The notes under the pieces are model-generated. The model was given only the letters and a program-made list of their open reading frames with translations, was not told the DNA's origin and made no database searches. Made by a program: the position numbers and the translations under genes. From NCBI GenBank assembly GCA_028713005.1, contig JAQTPC010000002.1, positions 36,643-100,642 of the forward strand: a DNA stretch of 64,000 nt, given 5' to 3'. Shown here piece after piece: positions 41,844-50,980 of this stretch. This stretch comes from Minisyncoccota bacterium (lineage in GTDB: Bacteria; Patescibacteriota; Minisyncoccia; Phycocordibacterales; PALSA-1337). Each line of letters starts with the position of its first letter. Within the stretch, counting starts at the first letter, position 1.

Positions 41844-41873
41844 ATGTCCGCGCAACGTCCTTTAAGCGCGGAC
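41844..41873. repeat. 30-bp REP-like palindromic repeat, copy 2
   Basis: Exact inverted copy of 2766-2795; contains the stop codon of the 41862-42710 gene. Confidence 0.85.
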
Positions 41874-42710
41874 GCGGTATTCGTTCAAGATATTCATCGC
41901 CATAGTCTCGTAGAATCTCGGTAGTTCTTCAAGGAACTCTGTTGACGTAAAACAGGTCATCTGCCTTGCGTATCGTATCGAAAGGCGGGAGTGTCGGAGG
42001 ATCTTTCTGGCTACTCGAGGTGAGACAGTGGCATTGAAGGCTTTCCTATATTCACGTACAGACCTATCTTTGCCAATAGTTTCTATAAGCCACTGTGTGA
42101 CAAGGGTATGTTGACCTTTCTTCATGTCTTCCGGCCAGTCGAGTGCGTCGTCAGAGAGTTGGCGAGCGCCGAGAAGATGATGAAAATATTTCTGGCATAA
42201 CTTGATGTTCTTGATCTCGACACGAACACTCATGAGCAGTGAAAGCAAGGGTACTGATACCGCGAGTGATTTAAGTATATATTTTTGTTTAACATTCAAA
42301 TTGTTTGTTTGGGATTCTGCATATTCCATCATACTTATCTTTCCAATCAGTTTACTTTTTTCTTTATCTGAAAGATGCAGTGCGCCTATATGTTCATCGA
42401 TGATTGGTCGAAGGGTTGAGAACATGTTTAAGTGCGTAACATCAAGCATTTTCTCATCCTGTATCTGATCAAATAAAGTCCATATTGTCCATCCTACCAG
42501 TCCGATAGCTACAGTTAGATCGGGGTTATTTCTGCCAGTATCAATTTTGAATTTTTTAGTAAACAACGAGCATGCTCGGTGAGGTAGTAATACGATATTG
42601 CTGATATTTTTCTTTTGTATTGTTTTATATAACTCGCATTTAATATGTAGCCACTGCACATGAGCAACAATGTACGGACTATTTTTGATTAGTTTGATTG
42701 CTTCTTTCAC
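41862..42710 (-). CDS. class I isoprenoid-synthase-fold protein, ComQ-like putative peptide (Trp) prenyltransferase
   Basis: 282 aa, helical; FARM-like TLFDQIQD, YILKS (KT/KS motif), SARM-like RQLSDDALD..EDMKKGQHTL. Confidence 0.65.
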   Translation of the reverse strand: MKEAIKLIKNSPYIVAHVQWLHIKCELYKTIQKKNISNIVLLPHRACSLFTKKFKIDTGRNNPDLTVAIGLVGWTIWTLFDQIQDEKMLDVTHLNMFSTLRPIIDEHIGALHLSDKEKSKLIGKISMMEYAESQTNNLNVKQKYILKSLAVSVPLLSLLMSVRVEIKNIKLCQKYFHHLLGARQLSDDALDWPEDMKKGQHTLVTQWLIETIGKDRSVREYRKAFNATVSPRVARKILRHSRLSIRYARQMTCFTSTEFLEELPRFYETMAMNILNEYRVRA

Positions 42711-44163
42711 TGATTGGGATAGTTATTGTGATAGATGTGCCAAAACCTTTTTTGCTTTTAACATCAAGCGAACCGCCGAGTTCATTTTTTACGATTGAAT
42801 ATGTGTTCATAAGACCTATTCCAGTGCCTCCTGATTTTGTTGTTTTGGGATGAGTAAATAATCTTTGTGTCTGCAACTCATCCATACCACATCCATTGTC
42901 AGAGACAGTGATACGAGCTGATCCTGATACTGCCTCTGCATCAACACAAACACATCTTTCTGTTGAAAAATCTTGCTCTGATTTATCTTGAGAACAGGCA
43001 TCGATTGCATTTGAAAGTATATTGATCAGTATCTGATGTATACGTAGTGGGTGGGCAAGCACCATGATCGGCTCTTCGACATGTATATCAATGTGCACAT
43101 GTGAGCGACGTGCGCTGTACGCTAAGATGTCTCTCGCTATTATTATTTCCTTGTATATATCAGCAGTAGAATAATCATCTGTCTTTGTTGGGCATATATG
43201 ATGTCGAGCGCTTTCCATAAAGGACTTCATTCTCTGTGAAGCAGATAAGGTTTTCTTGATCATTTCTTGTATAGCATCAGTCGAGTATTTTTCTGAATTT
43301 GTGCTCACTTCTTCCATGTATAGGCTCATAGAAGAAAGTGGGCTCATCATGTCATGAATCACCCCTTGCGCCAGTTCACCCACTTTGACTACGTGCTCGA
43401 TCTCAGAGAGTCTTTTTTCTTGATTGACGATTAGCTGCTCTGTACGTTCACTGACTCGTTGTTCAAGTGTGTCACGCTCGACTTGCAAAAGCTTTTCTGA
43501 CCTACGGGCGCGCTGGAGGGAAGCATCTATCTCTCTGTTTGAAAGCCATGCGATAAAGCTGATAAATAAGAACATGACCGAATAGGTAATCACGTCAGTT
43601 ACGCTTATTTCATCAAGTCGCCAGTCAGGAACATTGAGACGGATTGCTTCATGTATGCCGAGTATGGCTAAGCTCCCAATCATGATTCCTGCAGTGATAA
43701 ATCCTGCTGTAGAGTTGATAAGTACATTTGCGATAACAATTACGAGTACTGTCAATAGAAGCGTTTCGGGTAAGCTCGCACCCCATTTCCATCCAGTATA
43801 AATTGTTCCAACTGCATTTATTATCAAAAGGTAATTAGAGGAAATTTTCCAGTAGCCTTTCTTTGATAGGTAGAGTAACGTTGCATATAGAATAATAATC
43901 AGTGTAAAGAACACAGGATTCATGCCCGCATATCCTTCTACGTGCACCGCATTCCAAATGAGTGTCGTACCAAGAATACAAAGTGCTATCAGCGAAAGGA
44001 CAAGAATAATATTGAGTATGTACTCACGACGTCTGTCATCTTCGTTTAGCGAAATCGGTTTAATTATTTCTTTAAATCTTGATAAACACACCATCGCACG
44101 AGTTATCCGTACTCGTGCGATGAGCCTTATTTTCTCTACTGCCTGAATAGGGAATGAAGGCAT
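42679..44163 (-). CDS. membrane sensor histidine kinase (HisKA + HATPase_c, ~6 TM)
   Basis: GVIHDMMSPLSS (H-box), QILINILSNAIDA (N-box), VSDNGCGM (G1), GTGIGL (G2); polytopic N-terminus. Confidence 0.93.
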   Translation of the reverse strand: MPSFPIQAVEKIRLIARVRITRAMVCLSRFKEIIKPISLNEDDRRREYILNIILVLSLIALCILGTTLIWNAVHVEGYAGMNPVFFTLIIILYATLLYLSKKGYWKISSNYLLIINAVGTIYTGWKWGASLPETLLLTVLVIVIANVLINSTAGFITAGIMIGSLAILGIHEAIRLNVPDWRLDEISVTDVITYSVMFLFISFIAWLSNREIDASLQRARRSEKLLQVERDTLEQRVSERTEQLIVNQEKRLSEIEHVVKVGELAQGVIHDMMSPLSSMSLYMEEVSTNSEKYSTDAIQEMIKKTLSASQRMKSFMESARHHICPTKTDDYSTADIYKEIIIARDILAYSARRSHVHIDIHVEEPIMVLAHPLRIHQILINILSNAIDACSQDKSEQDFSTERCVCVDAEAVSGSARITVSDNGCGMDELQTQRLFTHPKTTKSGGTGIGLMNTYSIVKNELGGSLDVKSKKGFGTSITITIPISERSNQTNQK

Positions 44164-44170
44164 GTGTGCT

Positions 44171-44383
44171 TTAACTATTCCATGGAGCATATGCTCCGTC
44201 GTTCTTTAGATCGAGAGGTCGGGTGCTCTGATCTTTAGATAATACGCGCATCATTGGTGGTAACATCATCATATTAATAATTGTTATGTCGACACATAAC
44301 TGCATCAAGCATATCAAGCGGTGATAAAGGACCCGTGAATAAATTCTCAAGAAACGATAAAGTTTATGAGTAAATGAGTCCAT
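44171..44383 (-). CDS. 70-aa peptide, candidate ComX-like pheromone precursor (C-terminus ...GAYAPWNS)
   Basis: Fills the gap between the regulator (4 nt away) and the kinase (7 nt away); its only Trp is third from the C-terminus. Confidence 0.55.
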   Translation of the reverse strand: MDSFTHKLYRFLRIYSRVLYHRLICLMQLCVDITIINMMMLPPMMRVLSKDQSTRPLDLKNDGAYAPWNS

Positions 44384-44387
44384 TTAT

Positions 44388-45083
44388 TTATTTGCCAAAC
44401 CGAGCCAATTTTTGAGGAGTATCCATGATATATCCGTGGCCAGGTATGTTTGCAATGAGATCTTTCTTGTTTCCAGTATTTATTTTCTTTCTCAAGTTAC
44501 GGATATGCGCCTCAACTGTATTTGAGAATGGGTCGCTATCAGCCGTCCAGACATGTTCCATGAGAGTGCTTCTAGATACGATGATGCCTTGATGTCTCAT
44601 CATATATTCAAGCAATGCAAATTCTTTTCTCGTTAGATGAACATGTATCCCTGATCTGATGGCACTATGAGAACTGAGGTCAAGAGTAAGGTCATCAATC
44701 GTTAGTTGATCATTTCTGACGGTTGGTGTTCTGCGTGACACAGCTTTTATGCGCGAACGAAGCTCTGTCATTGAAAATGGCTTTACTACATAATCATCAG
44801 CACCACTGTCTAGTGCCTGAACTTTTGTCTCAACACTGCCATTCACTGATACAAAGATAATCGGGGTAGCTTTTCCGGCGCCACGAATATCACTACATAC
44901 CGTCAATCCATTTTTCCCGGGTAGTGAGTGGTCTAGTATAACGCAATCATAATCATAACTACGACCAAGGAATGAGCCCTCGGTGCCGTTATTTGCTATA
45001 TCAACTGCGTGCGTATCAGCTTGGAGTCCAAGTCGTAACGCATCTGAAATTAAAGGATCATCTTCAACAAGTAAAATTTTCAT
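44388..45083 (-). CDS. OmpR/PhoB-family response regulator
   Basis: MKILLVEDD, VILDHSLPG, GADDYVVKPF, LTRKEFALL, NTVEAHIRNLRKKI. Confidence 0.95.
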   Translation of the reverse strand: MKILLVEDDPLISDALRLGLQADTHAVDIANNGTEGSFLGRSYDYDCVILDHSLPGKNGLTVCSDIRGAGKATPIIFVSVNGSVETKVQALDSGADDYVVKPFSMTELRSRIKAVSRRTPTVRNDQLTIDDLTLDLSSHSAIRSGIHVHLTRKEFALLEYMMRHQGIIVSRSTLMEHVWTADSDPFSNTVEAHIRNLRKKINTGNKKDLIANIPGHGYIMDTPQKLARFGK

Positions 45084-45194
45084 GGCGCTAGTATAACAAA
45101 TAATAAAAGCACAGTACAAATATATTTGACAACCCCCCCTCTTAAAGTTACAGTTTCCTCGTATTTGTTCCCAAACATTCCAATAAAAGGAATT

Positions 45195-45605
45195 ATGAAA
45201 ACTCAAAAGAAAAGTAAACCGCATGTGAACGTGGGCGTCATCGGACACTTTCATGCCCGTGACGATTTGTTCGTTTCAGCAATCCTGGCATGCATCGGGC
45301 ACTCAGAACGTGGCGATGTGATCCTGGTTGTCCCTGAGGATACGACGGATGAACAGTTGAAGGGCATGATTAAGGAATGTGTTAATTTGCATTCTCTTGT
45401 CGTTACACCCATTTCGTCGCCCCCAGACACAGCTACGATTAAGGCCAGTCTTGCAGGGATTCTCGAGTCCATCCAGAAGCTTCCTGCTCCGGTTCCTGCA
45501 TATCAAGGAACTCCCTGGCCCCCACTTAAAAAACGTGTGCCACTGAAGTATCTTCCTGGACACAAACACCGTGTCAGTATCCATTCATCCCGCGCTCGTC
45601 GATAA
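45195..45605 (+). CDS. hypothetical protein with an EF-Tu-like N-terminal segment
   Basis: AAAAGGA SD; starts MKTQKKSKPHVNVGVIGH; hairpin plus T-run downstream. Confidence 0.55.
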   Translation: MKTQKKSKPHVNVGVIGHFHARDDLFVSAILACIGHSERGDVILVVPEDTTDEQLKGMIKECVNLHSLVVTPISSPPDTATIKASLAGILESIQKLPAPVPAYQGTPWPPLKKRVPLKYLPGHKHRVSIHSSRARR

Positions 45606-45657
45606 TGCCATTATCGACGGTGCGGTTTTTTATTTGTATATGATATAGAATAGCTAC

Positions 45658-45909
45658 ATGACTCTCTTCAAAGATAAGATCTTCAGTATCGTCAAGAAAA
45701 TTCCAAAGGGTAAAACCATGACTTATAAAGAGGTTGCACTGAAAGCTGGTAGACCTCGGGCTTTTCGTGCTATCGGTAATATTTTGAATACAAACTATGA
45801 CCCAAAGATACCCTGTCATCGAGTAGTCCGAAGTGATGGTAAAACTGGTGGCTGGAATAGGGGAATGAAGCAAAAAGCTGAATTACTCAAAAAGGAGAAA
45901 GGTAATTGA
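45658..45909 (+). CDS. O6-methylguanine-DNA methyltransferase family protein (single domain)
   Basis: IPKGKTMTYKEVA, RAIGN, IPCHRVV active-site motif. Confidence 0.88.
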   Translation: MTLFKDKIFSIVKKIPKGKTMTYKEVALKAGRPRAFRAIGNILNTNYDPKIPCHRVVRSDGKTGGWNRGMKQKAELLKKEKGN

Positions 45910-45954
45910 CTAGTTTTTGATTACATTGTAGTGTTGCTTCAGAAAAGGAACATT

Positions 45955-46404
45955 ATGAATCAAAGAAATATTATTGAGGTTACGCAGCAGATTATCTATG
46001 CGAAACCTGTTGGTGTTGAGTCAAATGACAGCATGGTCGGTCTGATTGACCCTCAAGACATCACAAGCCGTATCTGCGAGCGTATCTTGGATGGGCAACG
46101 CGTTAAAGTGTATGAGATCACTAGTGATGAACTCGAGGCATTCATCGAGGGCCGTATTCATGGCAGTCTGAAGATCAATACGTATCTTGGGTCGTTGGGA
46201 GAAAAAGTGATCGTGCGAGCATTGCTCGGCATCAAGTCAGGGGACGTCACTGTAAAGCGAGAGCTCGATAAAGTGATTGCTAACCGTCTCATTGCACTCA
46301 GACTGGCATCAAGGCCTTCTCGTGAAGAACACAAATCACCCCGTTCAAAAAAGCCACATCGCCGTCCGATTAAGCGAGTTCTCGTATTTAATTACAGCAA
46401 GTGA
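45955..46404 (+). CDS. hypothetical protein
   Basis: AAAAGGA SD; terminator CCGTCGTC...GGCGACGG-T7 downstream. Confidence 0.6.
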   Translation: MNQRNIIEVTQQIIYAKPVGVESNDSMVGLIDPQDITSRICERILDGQRVKVYEITSDELEAFIEGRIHGSLKINTYLGSLGEKVIVRALLGIKSGDVTVKRELDKVIANRLIALRLASRPSREEHKSPRSKKPHRRPIKRVLVFNYSK

Positions 46405-46469
46405 ACTCGCACTATTACTATCACCCGTCGTCTTTTATGGCGACGGTTTTTTTATGTTAAAATACTCCC

Positions 46470-47240
46470 ATGTCTGACTTCTACAACCCTCGCCGAACAC
46501 GCAATGTTTTTGACCCGAAGAGCACTGAATACTTCAAAGCCAGTCGCTCAAAGATCGACCTTTTCCTGAATTGTCCATTGTGTTACTACCTCGATGCGCG
46601 TCTCGGTGTGGCTCGTCCTCCCGGTTTTCCATTTTCACTCAACTCTGCCGTCGATACGCTTCTCAAAAAAGAGTTCGACATCCTCCGTGAAAAGAAGCGT
46701 CCTCATCCGCTCATGCATGCTTTTGGTGTGCGTGATGTGATCCCGTTTGCGCATGAAGACATGGATATCTGGCGCTCAAACTTCAAAGGCATCACGTACC
46801 TTGATCCTGAAACTAACTTGCTCATCACCGGTGCAGTAGATGATGTTTGGATAAACGAAAAAGGTGAGCTTATCATCGTCGACTACAAATCAACTAGTAA
46901 GGAAGAAAAAGTGACCCTCGATAAAGAGTGGCAGATCGGCTATAAGCGCCAGATGGAAGTGTATCAATGGCTGTTCCGCAAGAATGGATTTGAGGTTTCA
47001 CCAACAGGGTACTTCGTCTACTGTAATGGCAAGACTGATGTGAAGTCATTTGATGCGAAGCTTGAGTTCGATATTGATCTTATTCCATACACCGGCAACC
47101 CTGATTGGATCGAACCATTGCTTCCAAAAATGAAGACCTGTCTTATGAGTGAAAAGCCCCCAAAACCAAATGCTGAGTGCGACTATTGTCGTTACCGTAA
47201 GGCTGCCCGAGATGTGCAAGAAGAGCAAAAGAAGGGGTAG
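46470..47240 (+). CDS. PD-(D/E)XK nuclease, RecB/Cas4-like, solo
   Basis: SRSKI..FLNCP, GAVDD, IVDYKS, QMEVY, C-terminal CDYC. Confidence 0.85.
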   Translation: MSDFYNPRRTRNVFDPKSTEYFKASRSKIDLFLNCPLCYYLDARLGVARPPGFPFSLNSAVDTLLKKEFDILREKKRPHPLMHAFGVRDVIPFAHEDMDIWRSNFKGITYLDPETNLLITGAVDDVWINEKGELIIVDYKSTSKEEKVTLDKEWQIGYKRQMEVYQWLFRKNGFEVSPTGYFVYCNGKTDVKSFDAKLEFDIDLIPYTGNPDWIEPLLPKMKTCLMSEKPPKPNAECDYCRYRKAARDVQEEQKKG

Positions 47241-47246
47241 GTGTGT

Positions 47247-47543
47247 TTACTTTGGCGAAACCTCAAAACTGTCCACGATAAGTTTCGTCACCTTTTCAAT
47301 ATCTTTTGTATAAATAAATACATATTGAACAGCTCCATTGCCACGAACCACAGCCTTCACTCCTCCACTTATTGGCAAAAATTTTATATCACGTCTGCCA
47401 CCAGACACGTGTCTGATTTCTCCGAGACTGATTTTAGTAACTTCAGGAAGTCTGGTTATGAGATTCACCACTTCAGCAGATGCGTCAGTTGTTGTGCCAT
47501 GACTGCTGGTTATTTTGCCACCGAGCTTGGGAGTTATTGCCAT
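47247..47543 (-). CDS. DUF2103-like small protein
   Basis: GGKITSSHGT..., PEVTKISLGEI, GGVKAVVRGNGAVQYVFIYT. Confidence 0.55.
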   Translation of the reverse strand: MAITPKLGGKITSSHGTTTDASAEVVNLITRLPEVTKISLGEIRHVSGGRRDIKFLPISGGVKAVVRGNGAVQYVFIYTKDIEKVTKLIVDSFEVSPK

Positions 47544-47548
47544 GATTT

Positions 47549-50500
47549 TTACAACACCTTCACCCTCTCCAAGATAAAACCTTTCTCATCATTGCGACTA
47601 TTCACGGTCGCCTTGATAGCCAAACACTTATCAATGACGAGATGTGCGGCAAACTCCTTGTACGATCTAGGAAATACAACTACCTCCGCTGAACCAGAAA
47701 AGTCAGCGACAGTCATGAAAGCCATGGTCTCATTTTTCTTGGTTTGGATCGGGCGTATAGCAGTGACGATGACAGCGACCACGACCGCATCACCATCTTT
47801 CTTTGTATCTAAAGCCTTTTTTATATTGATATCACTCTTTGTGATCGCATCGCGATATTTTTCGAGAGGATGACCAGAGAGGTACAAGCCGAGCAATTCT
47901 TTTTCCCAGGCAAGACGGTCTTTCATATCTATCGGAGGCACGGGGAGGAGCTTGAGGGCAGGCACTGAAGCACTGTCTGACATCATGCCGAAGAGTGAGG
48001 TTTGATCGCTGTGACCAGCGCCACTTTCTTTGTTGTATGCGAGCAGGAGATCGAGGTTGCCGAGGAGTACTGCACGGTCTTCGCCAAAACAATCGAGTGC
48101 ACCAGCTTTGATGAGTGATTCGAGTGATTTTTTATTGAGATTTCTATCCTTGATACGTTCGAGGAAACTTGAGAGAGAGGTGAATGGACCATTTTTCTTA
48201 CGTTCATCGATGATAGTGGTTGCTATGCCTTGACCGAAGTTTTTGATAGTGACTAGTCCAAAACGGATACGAGACTTTTCGCCATCTTTGATGACGGTAA
48301 ACTGACTGAAGCTTTCATTGACATCAGGTGGCAATACAGGGATCTCCATACGCTTACACTCTTCAATAGTCTCAGCAACTTTTTCTACTTCACCCGACTC
48401 TGATGAAAGCACTGCTGATAGATATATCTCAGGGAAATGTGCTTTGAGGTATGCGGTGATGTAAGCTACGCGACCGTAGGATACTGAGTGAGCTTTGTTA
48501 AAACCGTACGCTGCGAACGGCTCAATCCATTTCCAGACTTCTTTTGCTTTCTTTGGTGACCATTTGCTATGGCTGATACATCCTTCGATGAATTTCTCCT
48601 TCTGCTTCGCCATCTCCTCAGGGATCTTTTTACCGACAGCTTTACGGAATTTGTCCACTTCACCCCACGAGTAACCGGCGATGAGGTGCGCCATCATGAG
48701 GAGGTCATCTTGATAGACGAGGATGCCGTATGTCTTGTCGAGGATCTTTTCGAGCATCGGGTCGAGGTACTGGATGAGAGAACGATCGTGCTTGCGGGCG
48801 ATATAGTCAGGGATGAAGCCGATAGGTCCCGGACGGTAGAGCGCCACCATAGCATTGATATCGTGGATGGTGGTCGGCTTGAGGTCTTTGAGGAAGCGCG
48901 TCATGCCATCGCCGTTCAACTGGAAGAGGTCAGCGGTCTCTCCGCGCGCGAGCATCTCGAATGTTTTTGTATCATCGACGGGAATGGTGTCATAGTCGAC
49001 AGTGACTCCTTCGATGCTTTTGATACGATCGATAGCATCAGCGATGATGGTGAGGTTTTTGAGACCAAGGAAGTCAAACTTGAGCAGACCTGCCTCTTCG
49101 ATCGAGTACATATCGTACTGACTGATGATCTTGCCTTCACCTTTTGGATCGAACTGGAGCGGAGTAAAGTCAGTGAGAGCCGTAGGGGCAATAACAACAC
49201 CGGCAGCATGGACACCGATATGACGTGCACATCCTTCGATCTTCATGGCCATATCGATGATGCGACGAGTGTCAGGTTCGGTGTCATACATTGTCTTGAG
49301 GTCAGGTGTTTCAGTGAGAGCACGTTCGATTGTCATGGCGAATCCTTGTGAACCCATAGGGATCATCTTGGAGATGCGGTCACCGGTCGCTACAGGAAAA
49401 CCAAGCGCACGAGCAACGTCGCGGACTGAACCACGTGCTGCCATAGTTCCGAATGTACCGATCTGGGCCACTTTCTCTGCGCCGTACTTTCTGCGAACAT
49501 AGTCAATCATCTCATCACGACGATCATCAGCATAGTCCATATCGATATCAGGAGCAGAAGGACGATCAGGGTTAAGGAAACGCTCGAAAGGAATCTCGTA
49601 CTCTATAGGGTTGATATTGGTGATACCAGAGAGATATGTCACCAGAGAACCGGAGACGGATCCACGAATGTTAGAGAGAATACCATTCTCTTTTGCAAAA
49701 CGAAGGAGGTCCGCTACTACGAGGAAGTACGGTGCATATCCTTTGTCGCGGATGACTTTGAGCTCATACTCGGCGCGTTTGACGAGCTCTGGAGTTTGTT
49801 CAAGTCCACGTACAGGAAATCCTTCGTATACGAGATGTTTGAGTTCATCATCAGGTGTACGTCCACTTTCTACAATAAATGCAGGGAAGACCCATTTACC
49901 AAGTTCCATTTCAAAGTTACAGCGATCAACTATCTTTGCAGTATTTTCTAGCGCTTCAGGCATATCTCGGAAGAGTTCTTCTGCTCGTTCGCCAGAGATA
50001 AAAGAAAAATCATCTTCGTCATTCTCAGACATACGGTCAGATGAGTCACTGTGACTGTTGACGCGGACGAGCGTTTCGCGCGCCAGGCGGTCATCTGGCA
50101 CCATATAGTAGACATCATGAGCTGCCATGATGGGAATGTTTTGACTCTTGGCAAAACTAGCTAGTGTCGCCATGTTAGCTTCGTGACCGTCCATCTCTGG
50201 GTGGTGAGTGATCTCTATGTAGAGGCGGTCTCCGAAAACCTTTTTATACCATTCTGCAATCTCTTTTGCTTTGTCCTGATTTCTACCTTTGAGTGCCTGG
50301 ACGATGTCGCCAGAGAATGAGGGTGAAATGCAAATAAGACCTTCATAATATTTTTCAAGTAACTCACGGTCGATGCGAGGTTTATAGTAAAAACCTTCGA
50401 GGTGGGAGAGGGTGACGAGATGAACGAGGTTACGGTAGCCAGTTTCATTCATGGCGAGGAGGACGAGACGAGTGCGACGATTGTCGATACCGGCTTGCAT

Positions 50501-50731
50501 ATCTTTGCGTCCGCGGACAGCCATGAAGAAGTCGACACCAATGATCGGTTTGATTTCTGCCTTCTTTGCTGCTTTAAAAAACTCGATAGCACCATAGAGG
50601 TTACCGGCATCAGTGAGAGCGAGCGCCTTCATACCAAACTCGACAGCCTTATCTACCAGTTCGTCCACTTTTGGGAGGGCGGAGAGGAGAGAGTAGTGTG
50701 AGTGGGTGTGGAGGTGGGAGAAGCGGGACAT
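47549..50731 (-). CDS. dnaE: DNA polymerase III alpha subunit
   Basis: HLHTHSHYSLL (PHP), FERFLNPDRPSAPDIDMD, LLKFDFLGLKNL, YGFNKAHS, C-terminal OB fold. Confidence 0.98.
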   Translation of the reverse strand: MSRFSHLHTHSHYSLLSALPKVDELVDKAVEFGMKALALTDAGNLYGAIEFFKAAKKAEIKPIIGVDFFMAVRGRKDMQAGIDNRRTRLVLLAMNETGYRNLVHLVTLSHLEGFYYKPRIDRELLEKYYEGLICISPSFSGDIVQALKGRNQDKAKEIAEWYKKVFGDRLYIEITHHPEMDGHEANMATLASFAKSQNIPIMAAHDVYYMVPDDRLARETLVRVNSHSDSSDRMSENDEDDFSFISGERAEELFRDMPEALENTAKIVDRCNFEMELGKWVFPAFIVESGRTPDDELKHLVYEGFPVRGLEQTPELVKRAEYELKVIRDKGYAPYFLVVADLLRFAKENGILSNIRGSVSGSLVTYLSGITNINPIEYEIPFERFLNPDRPSAPDIDMDYADDRRDEMIDYVRRKYGAEKVAQIGTFGTMAARGSVRDVARALGFPVATGDRISKMIPMGSQGFAMTIERALTETPDLKTMYDTEPDTRRIIDMAMKIEGCARHIGVHAAGVVIAPTALTDFTPLQFDPKGEGKIISQYDMYSIEEAGLLKFDFLGLKNLTIIADAIDRIKSIEGVTVDYDTIPVDDTKTFEMLARGETADLFQLNGDGMTRFLKDLKPTTIHDINAMVALYRPGPIGFIPDYIARKHDRSLIQYLDPMLEKILDKTYGILVYQDDLLMMAHLIAGYSWGEVDKFRKAVGKKIPEEMAKQKEKFIEGCISHSKWSPKKAKEVWKWIEPFAAYGFNKAHSVSYGRVAYITAYLKAHFPEIYLSAVLSSESGEVEKVAETIEECKRMEIPVLPPDVNESFSQFTVIKDGEKSRIRFGLVTIKNFGQGIATTIIDERKKNGPFTSLSSFLERIKDRNLNKKSLESLIKAGALDCFGEDRAVLLGNLDLLLAYNKESGAGHSDQTSLFGMMSDSASVPALKLLPVPPIDMKDRLAWEKELLGLYLSGHPLEKYRDAITKSDINIKKALDTKKDGDAVVVAVIVTAIRPIQTKKNETMAFMTVADFSGSAEVVVFPRSYKEFAAHLVIDKCLAIKATVNSRNDEKGFILERVKVL

Positions 50732-50800
50732 GGGGGAAGTATAGCAAAATTTACGGAGCTTAATTACTTGACGATACGTGATGTAAGATGGTAAAAACAA

Positions 50801-50980
50801 GCTAGTGCGAGCGCTGTGACGAGCCTATGCTCGGTAGAATAATACGCGAATACGTATCATCCCTGTGATGACGGTTCTCGGCCTATCAGTTAGTTGGCGG
50901 GGTAAAAGCCCACCAAGACTACGACGGGTAGCTGGTCTTAGATGCAGACTGGTCAAATACAGCATAATCGACATGCACTA
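50801..50980 (+). ncRNA. candidate structured ncRNA containing a 16S rRNA h11-h12-like segment
   Basis: 50879-50942 reads CGGCCTATCAGTTAGTTGGCGGGGTAAAAGCCCACCAAGACTACGACGGGTAGCTGGTCTTAGA; the RNA ends pair (TAGTGC/GCACTA, GCTGT/ACAGC); terminator follows. Confidence 0.6.

Noticed and set aside
46470-47240. Cas4-like nuclease as a sign of CRISPR-Cas
   Set aside because: No cas1/cas2 and no repeat-spacer array seen in the window; solo PD-(D/E)XK nucleases are common.
48569-49351. Long antisense ORFs (e.g. 260 aa inside dnaE, 247 aa inside wzt, 198 aa inside the solo GT)
   Set aside because: Shadow ORFs arising from codon bias of well-supported genes on the other strand.
50879-50942. A true 16S rRNA gene
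   Set aside because: Only ~65 nt are strongly similar, within a ~330-nt intergenic gap flanked by intact dnaE and rnhB.
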